DNA from: Kineosphaera sp.
Lineage (GTDB): Bacteria; Actinomycetota; Actinomycetes; Actinomycetales; Dermatophilaceae
Assembly (NCBI GenBank): GCA_039812485.1
Contig: JBDIAP010000002.1
Coordinates: 33-64,032 of the forward strand
DNA length: 64,000 nucleotides
Direction: 5' to 3'
A program made the translations under genes and the position numbers. The number at the start of each line of letters is the position of its first letter. Positions within the stretch are counted from its first letter, which is position 1. The notes below the pieces were generated by a model. It was not told where the DNA came from and did not search any database. It saw only the letters and a program-made list of their open reading frames with translations. Below are positions 59,678-64,000 of the stretch, one piece after another.

Positions 59678-61213
59678 TCAGAGCACGTCGTCGTCGACCC
59701 AGTCGAGGGTCTTGGTGACGGCCTTCTTCCAGTTGCGGTATTCGCGCTCACGCTCGTCGTCGTCGGCGCCCGGCTCCCAGCGCCGGTCCTGCTTCCAGTT
59801 GTCGATGACGTCCTGCTCACCGGCCCAGAAGCCGGTCGCGATACCGGCCGCGTAGGCCGCCCCGAGCGCGGTCGTCTCGGCGACCTGCGGCCGCACGACG
59901 GGCACGCCGAGCTGGTCGGCCTGGAACTGCATGAGCAGCTCGTTGGCCGTCATGCCGCCGTCGACCTTGAGCTCGGTGAGGTCGACGCCCGAGTCCGCGT
60001 TCATGGCGTCGAGCACCTCGCGGGTCTGGAAGGCCGTGGCCTCCAGCGCGGCGCGCGCGATGTGCCCCTTGTTGACGAAGCGAGTCATGCCGACCAACGC
60101 GCCGCGGGCATCGGAGCGCCAGTGTGGCGCGAACAGACCCGAGAAGGCGGGCACGAAATACGCGCCACCGTTGTCGTCGACAGCGCGGGCGAGCTCTTCG
60201 GCCTGCGGCGCGGAGTCGATGATGCCGAGGTTGTCGCGCAGCCATTGGATGAGCGACCCGGCCACGGCGATCGAGCCTTCGAGGGCATAGACGGTGTCCT
60301 GCTCGCCGATCTTGTAGCAGACCGTCGTCAGCAGCCCGTGCTCCGAGGGCACGATCTCGGTGCCGGTGTTCATGAGCATGAAGCAGCCCGTGCCGTAGGT
60401 GTTCTTGGCCATGCCCCTCTCGAAACACGCCTGCCCGAAGGTCGCGGCCTGCTGGTCGCCGAGGATGCCGGCGATCGGCACACCGTCGAGGAGCCCGTTC
60501 GGGCGGCCGCGCCCGTATTCCTCCGCCGACGACTTGATCTGCGGCAGCATCGACATGGGAATGCCCATGTCCGCGCAGATCGACTCGTCCCATTGGAGGG
60601 TGCGCAGGTCCATGAGCATCGTGCGCGACGCATTCGTCACGTCGGTGACGTGAATTCCGCCCTTCTTGCCACCGGTCATGTTCCACAGCACCCACGTGTC
60701 GGTCGTGCCCATGAGCAGATCACCGTTGTCGGCCTTCTCACGGGCACCCTCGACATTGTCGAGGATCCACTTGACCTTCGGACCCGTGAAATACGTGGCC
60801 AACGGCAGCCCGCAGATGTCCTTGTAGCGGTCGAGCCCCTGCTCACCGGCGAGTTCGTCGACGATCTTCTGGGTGCGGGTGTCCTGCCACACGATGGCGT
60901 TGTAGACGGGCTTGCCGGTGTGCCGGTCCCAGACCACGGCGGTCTCACGCTGATTCGTGATGCCGACGGCGACGAGGTCGCGGTGAGTGAGATCAGGGGA
61001 GTCGGCGAAGGCCGCGGCGACGGCGCGCCGCACGTTCTTCCAGATCTCCTTGGGCTTGTGCTCGACCCAGCCCGCGCGCGGGAAGATCTGCTCGTGCTCG
61101 AACTGTCCCGAGCTGACGATCCGACCTGCGTGGTCGAAGATGATCGCGCGGCTGCTCGTCGTGCCCTGATCGATGGCCAGAACATACTTCTCGGCGGTGA
61201 CGTCGTTGCTCAT
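59678..61213 (-). CDS. glpK: Glycerol kinase
   Basis: [42 protein letters not shown]. Confidence 0.97.
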   Translation of the reverse strand: MSNDVTAEKYVLAIDQGTTSSRAIIFDHAGRIVSSGQFEHEQIFPRAGWVEHKPKEIWKNVRRAVAAAFADSPDLTHRDLVAVGITNQRETAVVWDRHTGKPVYNAIVWQDTRTQKIVDELAGEQGLDRYKDICGLPLATYFTGPKVKWILDNVEGAREKADNGDLLMGTTDTWVLWNMTGGKKGGIHVTDVTNASRTMLMDLRTLQWDESICADMGIPMSMLPQIKSSAEEYGRGRPNGLLDGVPIAGILGDQQAATFGQACFERGMAKNTYGTGCFMLMNTGTEIVPSEHGLLTTVCYKIGEQDTVYALEGSIAVAGSLIQWLRDNLGIIDSAPQAEELARAVDDNGGAYFVPAFSGLFAPHWRSDARGALVGMTRFVNKGHIARAALEATAFQTREVLDAMNADSGVDLTELKVDGGMTANELLMQFQADQLGVPVVRPQVAETTALGAAYAAGIATGFWAGEQDVIDNWKQDRRWEPGADDDEREREYRNWKKAVTKTLDWVDDDVL

Positions 61214-61275
61214 GATGGTCCTCACTTCGTTGTGACAGGCGATGCGTGAATGGCGGTGTGTGACTGGGCTGACGG

Positions 61276-62037
61276 TCAGACGACCTGGGCGAGAAGCCCG
61301 GCGAGGACGCCGCCGATGATCGGCGCGACGACCGGCACCCAGGCATATCCCCAGTCGCTGCCGCCCTTGCCGGGAATGGGCAGGATGGCGTGCGCGATGC
61401 GCGGCCCGAGGTCACGGGCGGGGTTGATGGCATATCCGGTCGGGCCGCCGAGGCTCGCGCCGATACCGACGACGAGAAGGGCGACGGCGAAGGGGCCCAG
61501 CCCGCTCGGCGTGCCGGCGAACTTGAGGATGACGAAGACGAGCACGAAGGTGCCGAGCACCTCGGTGACGACGTTCCAGATGGGGCTGCGCACCTCGGGT
61601 GCGGTGCTGAACACCGCGAGCTTGACGTCCGCGGGCGCGTCCTGGTCGAACTGCTTCTTGTAGCCGAGCCAGACAAGCACGCCGCCGAGGATGGCACCGA
61701 GCATCTGCGCCACCAGATAGACGAGCGTCGTCACGAGGGTGACCGGCACACCCTTGGCGTATTCGTCGGCGCCGTTGGCGAGCAGGCCCAGCGTCACCGC
61801 CGGGTTGATGTGCGCGCCGGAGGCCGCCGCCACGTAGACACCGGCGAACACGCCGATGCCCCAGCCCCAATGGATCATCACCGGGCCGCCGCCGGCACCT
61901 TTCGCGGCGGGCAGGATCGCGTTGGCGACGACGCCGCCACCGAGCAGGATGAGGATCGCCGTCCCCAGCAACTCCGCGGTGAAGACTGTGCTGAGCGCGA
62001 CGGGTTGGGCGCCTGCGGCGAGCAGGGTCGAGGTCAT
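61276..62037 (-). CDS. glpF: Glycerol uptake facilitator (aquaglyceroporin)
   Basis: [10 protein letters not shown] and YAINPARD motifs; RBS aaggaga. Confidence 0.95.
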   Translation of the reverse strand: MTSTLLAAGAQPVALSTVFTAELLGTAILILLGGGVVANAILPAAKGAGGGPVMIHWGWGIGVFAGVYVAAASGAHINPAVTLGLLANGADEYAKGVPVTLVTTLVYLVAQMLGAILGGVLVWLGYKKQFDQDAPADVKLAVFSTAPEVRSPIWNVVTEVLGTFVLVFVILKFAGTPSGLGPFAVALLVVGIGASLGGPTGYAINPARDLGPRIAHAILPIPGKGGSDWGYAWVPVVAPIIGGVLAGLLAQVV

Positions 62038-62176
62038 GTGTTCTCTCCTTTGAGAAGGGTTTTCGCGGGCGCGCAGGCAGCGCGCAGCGGCCGGCGGCCC
62101 GGCCCGCGGGCGCGGGCCACCGGTGGAGTTCGGCCCTGGTCGGCCCGGTGGGTGGTGGGTGGGTGAGGAGTCGGGG

Positions 62177-63910
62177 TCAGCGCGTGACGAGGTCGGTGAC
62201 CTCGGCAGCCTGGCTGCGGGCGGCGGCCGCGGCGGCCTCGTCGGTGAGCTCGGCGGCGGCGTCCTCGGCCTCGCAGCGGGCTGCGTAAGCGGCGATCTCC
62301 CGCTCGCGGCGGGCGTCGTCCCAGCCGAGGTACTCCGCTGCGATCGCGGCGATCTCCGGCACCGCCGCACGCCCGTGACCCCGCATCTCGTAGGTGAGGC
62401 GCGTGCGGGTCGTCATGATGTCCTCCAGGTGCAGCACACCCTCGTGGGTGCACGCGTAGGCGATCTCGGCCCGCAGATACGCCGGCGTGGCCTCGAGGGG
62501 ACGGCCCAGGTCGGGGCGCTCGGCGACCATGTCGAGCAGCTCGGGCAGCAGCGCCCCGTAGCGGTGCAGCATGTGGTCGATCATGAAGCGGCTCACGCCG
62601 TGCTCGGCCGCGATCTTGTCGGCCCGCCGCTGATACGTCTCGTAGCCGACCGCCCCGAGCAGCGGGGTCTTCTCGGTGAGCGACGGGGTCGCCTTGGCGC
62701 GGTCCTTGCCCATCGCGACGTCGACGGCGTCCTGCGCCATGACCCGGTAGGTCGTCAGCTTGCCGCCGGCGATCGTGATGAGGCCCGGGGCTGCCTCGGT
62801 CACCGTGTGCTCCCGGGAGACCTTCGTCGACTGCGCGTCGTCGCCGATGGTGCCCGGCTGCAGGAGGGGCCGCAGCCCGGCCCACGTGCCGATGACGTCG
62901 TCGCGGGTCAGCGGCTCGTCGAGGATGACGTTGGCGTGCTCGATGATGTAGTCGATGTCGGCCTTCGTCGCGACCGGGTGCGTGAGGTCCTCGTGGTAGG
63001 GGGTGTCGGTCGTCCCGATGATCCAGTAGCGGCTCCACGGGATGATGAAGAGCACCGACTTCTCGGTCTGCAGGATGACGCCGGTCGTGCCGGGGATGCG
63101 CTCGCGGGGGACGACGATGTGCACGCCCTTGGAGGCCAGCACCTTGAGCCCGCCCGTGGCGTCGGCGCGGTTCTGCGTCTCTTCGGTCCACACGCCGGCC
63201 GCCGCGATGACCGACGTGGCCTTGATGGTCAGTCGCTCACCGGTCTCCAGGTCGGTGACGACGGCGCCGTCGACCCGGCCGTCGGTCTTGGTGAACTCCT
63301 CGACCTTCGTGCGGCTCGCGGCGTAGGCCCCGAACTGCACGGCCGTGCGCACGAGCGCCAGCGTGAGCCGGGCGTCGTCCACGGTGGCGTCCCAGTATTT
63401 GATCGCGCCGATCATCGCGCCGGGCTTGGCGCCGGGGAATTCGCGCAGCACGCCCTCCTGCGTGTAGTGCCGGTGGAAGGGCATCGCGGCCTGGCCGCGG
63501 GCGCCGACACGCGCGAAGACGTCGTAGAGGCCGACGCCGGCGGTCACGTAGGGCCGCTCGACATACTTCTTGCTCAGCGGGTAGAGGAACGAGACGGGGC
63601 GCACGAGGTGCGGAGCGAGCGTCTCCAGCAGGTGCTCGCGCTCGTGCAGGGCCTCGAAGACGAGCTTGAAGTCGAACTGCTGCAGGTAGCGCAGGCCGCC
63701 GTGCACGAGCTTGCTCGACCGGCTCGACGTGCCGCTCGCCCAGTCCTGCGCCTCGACGATGCCGACGCGCAGACCGCGGGTCACGGCGTCGAGCACGATG
63801 CCGGCACCGGTGACGCCGCCACCGACGACGAGGATGTCGAGCGGCTCCTGCGAACTCATCTCGGCCAGGGCTGCGGCGCGCTTCTGCGGGGTGAGGGCGG
63901 TTGACGTCAT
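62177..63910 (-). CDS. glpD: FAD glycerol-3-phosphate dehydrogenase
   Basis: VVGGGVTGAG, GTSSRSSKLVHGGLRYL, GLRPL, GGKLTTYR. Confidence 0.96.
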   Translation of the reverse strand: MTSTALTPQKRAAALAEMSSQEPLDILVVGGGVTGAGIVLDAVTRGLRVGIVEAQDWASGTSSRSSKLVHGGLRYLQQFDFKLVFEALHEREHLLETLAPHLVRPVSFLYPLSKKYVERPYVTAGVGLYDVFARVGARGQAAMPFHRHYTQEGVLREFPGAKPGAMIGAIKYWDATVDDARLTLALVRTAVQFGAYAASRTKVEEFTKTDGRVDGAVVTDLETGERLTIKATSVIAAAGVWTEETQNRADATGGLKVLASKGVHIVVPRERIPGTTGVILQTEKSVLFIIPWSRYWIIGTTDTPYHEDLTHPVATKADIDYIIEHANVILDEPLTRDDVIGTWAGLRPLLQPGTIGDDAQSTKVSREHTVTEAAPGLITIAGGKLTTYRVMAQDAVDVAMGKDRAKATPSLTEKTPLLGAVGYETYQRRADKIAAEHGVSRFMIDHMLHRYGALLPELLDMVAERPDLGRPLEATPAYLRAEIAYACTHEGVLHLEDIMTTRTRLTYEMRGHGRAAVPEIAAIAAEYLGWDDARREREIAAYAARCEAEDAAAELTDEAAAAAARSQAAEVTDLVTR

Positions 63911-64000
63911 CGTCGTTCAATCCTTCGGGTGGGGGCGGCCGCGTTGCGACCAACGGTGTCTGTCGGCTTGCTCCTATCCTGGGACGTACTGCACGGATCA

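Noticed and set aside
51435-61249. Very long plus-strand ORFs (51435-55955, 57122-61249) and similar ones elsewhere
   Set aside because: They are antisense shadows of high-GC genes (putA, GH31, glpK) and have no motifs of their own.

Overview
This is a very GC-rich actinobacterial chromosome segment. Gene content and order suggest Micrococcales, possibly Dermatophilaceae-like; that assignment is inference. It is mostly core metabolism: TetR plus a heterodimeric ABC exporter, dcd, dacB, tRNA-Gly(CCC), a GlxA-type AraC, CYTH-CHAD, acyl-CoA dehydrogenase, thiE and a TPP-riboswitch-led thiO-S-G-moeZ/thiF operon, malic enzyme, a sulfate assimilation operon, an LLM oxidoreductase, CopD-CtaG, an E1a/E1b/E2 2-oxoacid dehydrogenase, hisC/pat, pheA, putA with a PAS-AraC, GH31 and glpD-F-K. 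I found no integrase, transposase, prophage or CRISPR array. The best candidates for novel biology are: (1) a 3-TM membrane-anchored Schlafen/AlbA_2 protein that keeps its ExxxxEFK motif; (2) a disordered protein carrying 7 copies of a short helical motif; (3) a saccharopine-dehydrogenase homologue with Asn at the catalytic His position; (4) a head-to-head breakpoint that truncates both metY and an MFS gene; (5) a small zinc-finger gene with four phased TTGAC repeats and a structured leader; (6) several REP/MITE-like hairpin elements. Start codons were re-called by eye from RBS, -10 boxes and gene overlaps. All domain assignments come from motif recognition, not database searches.
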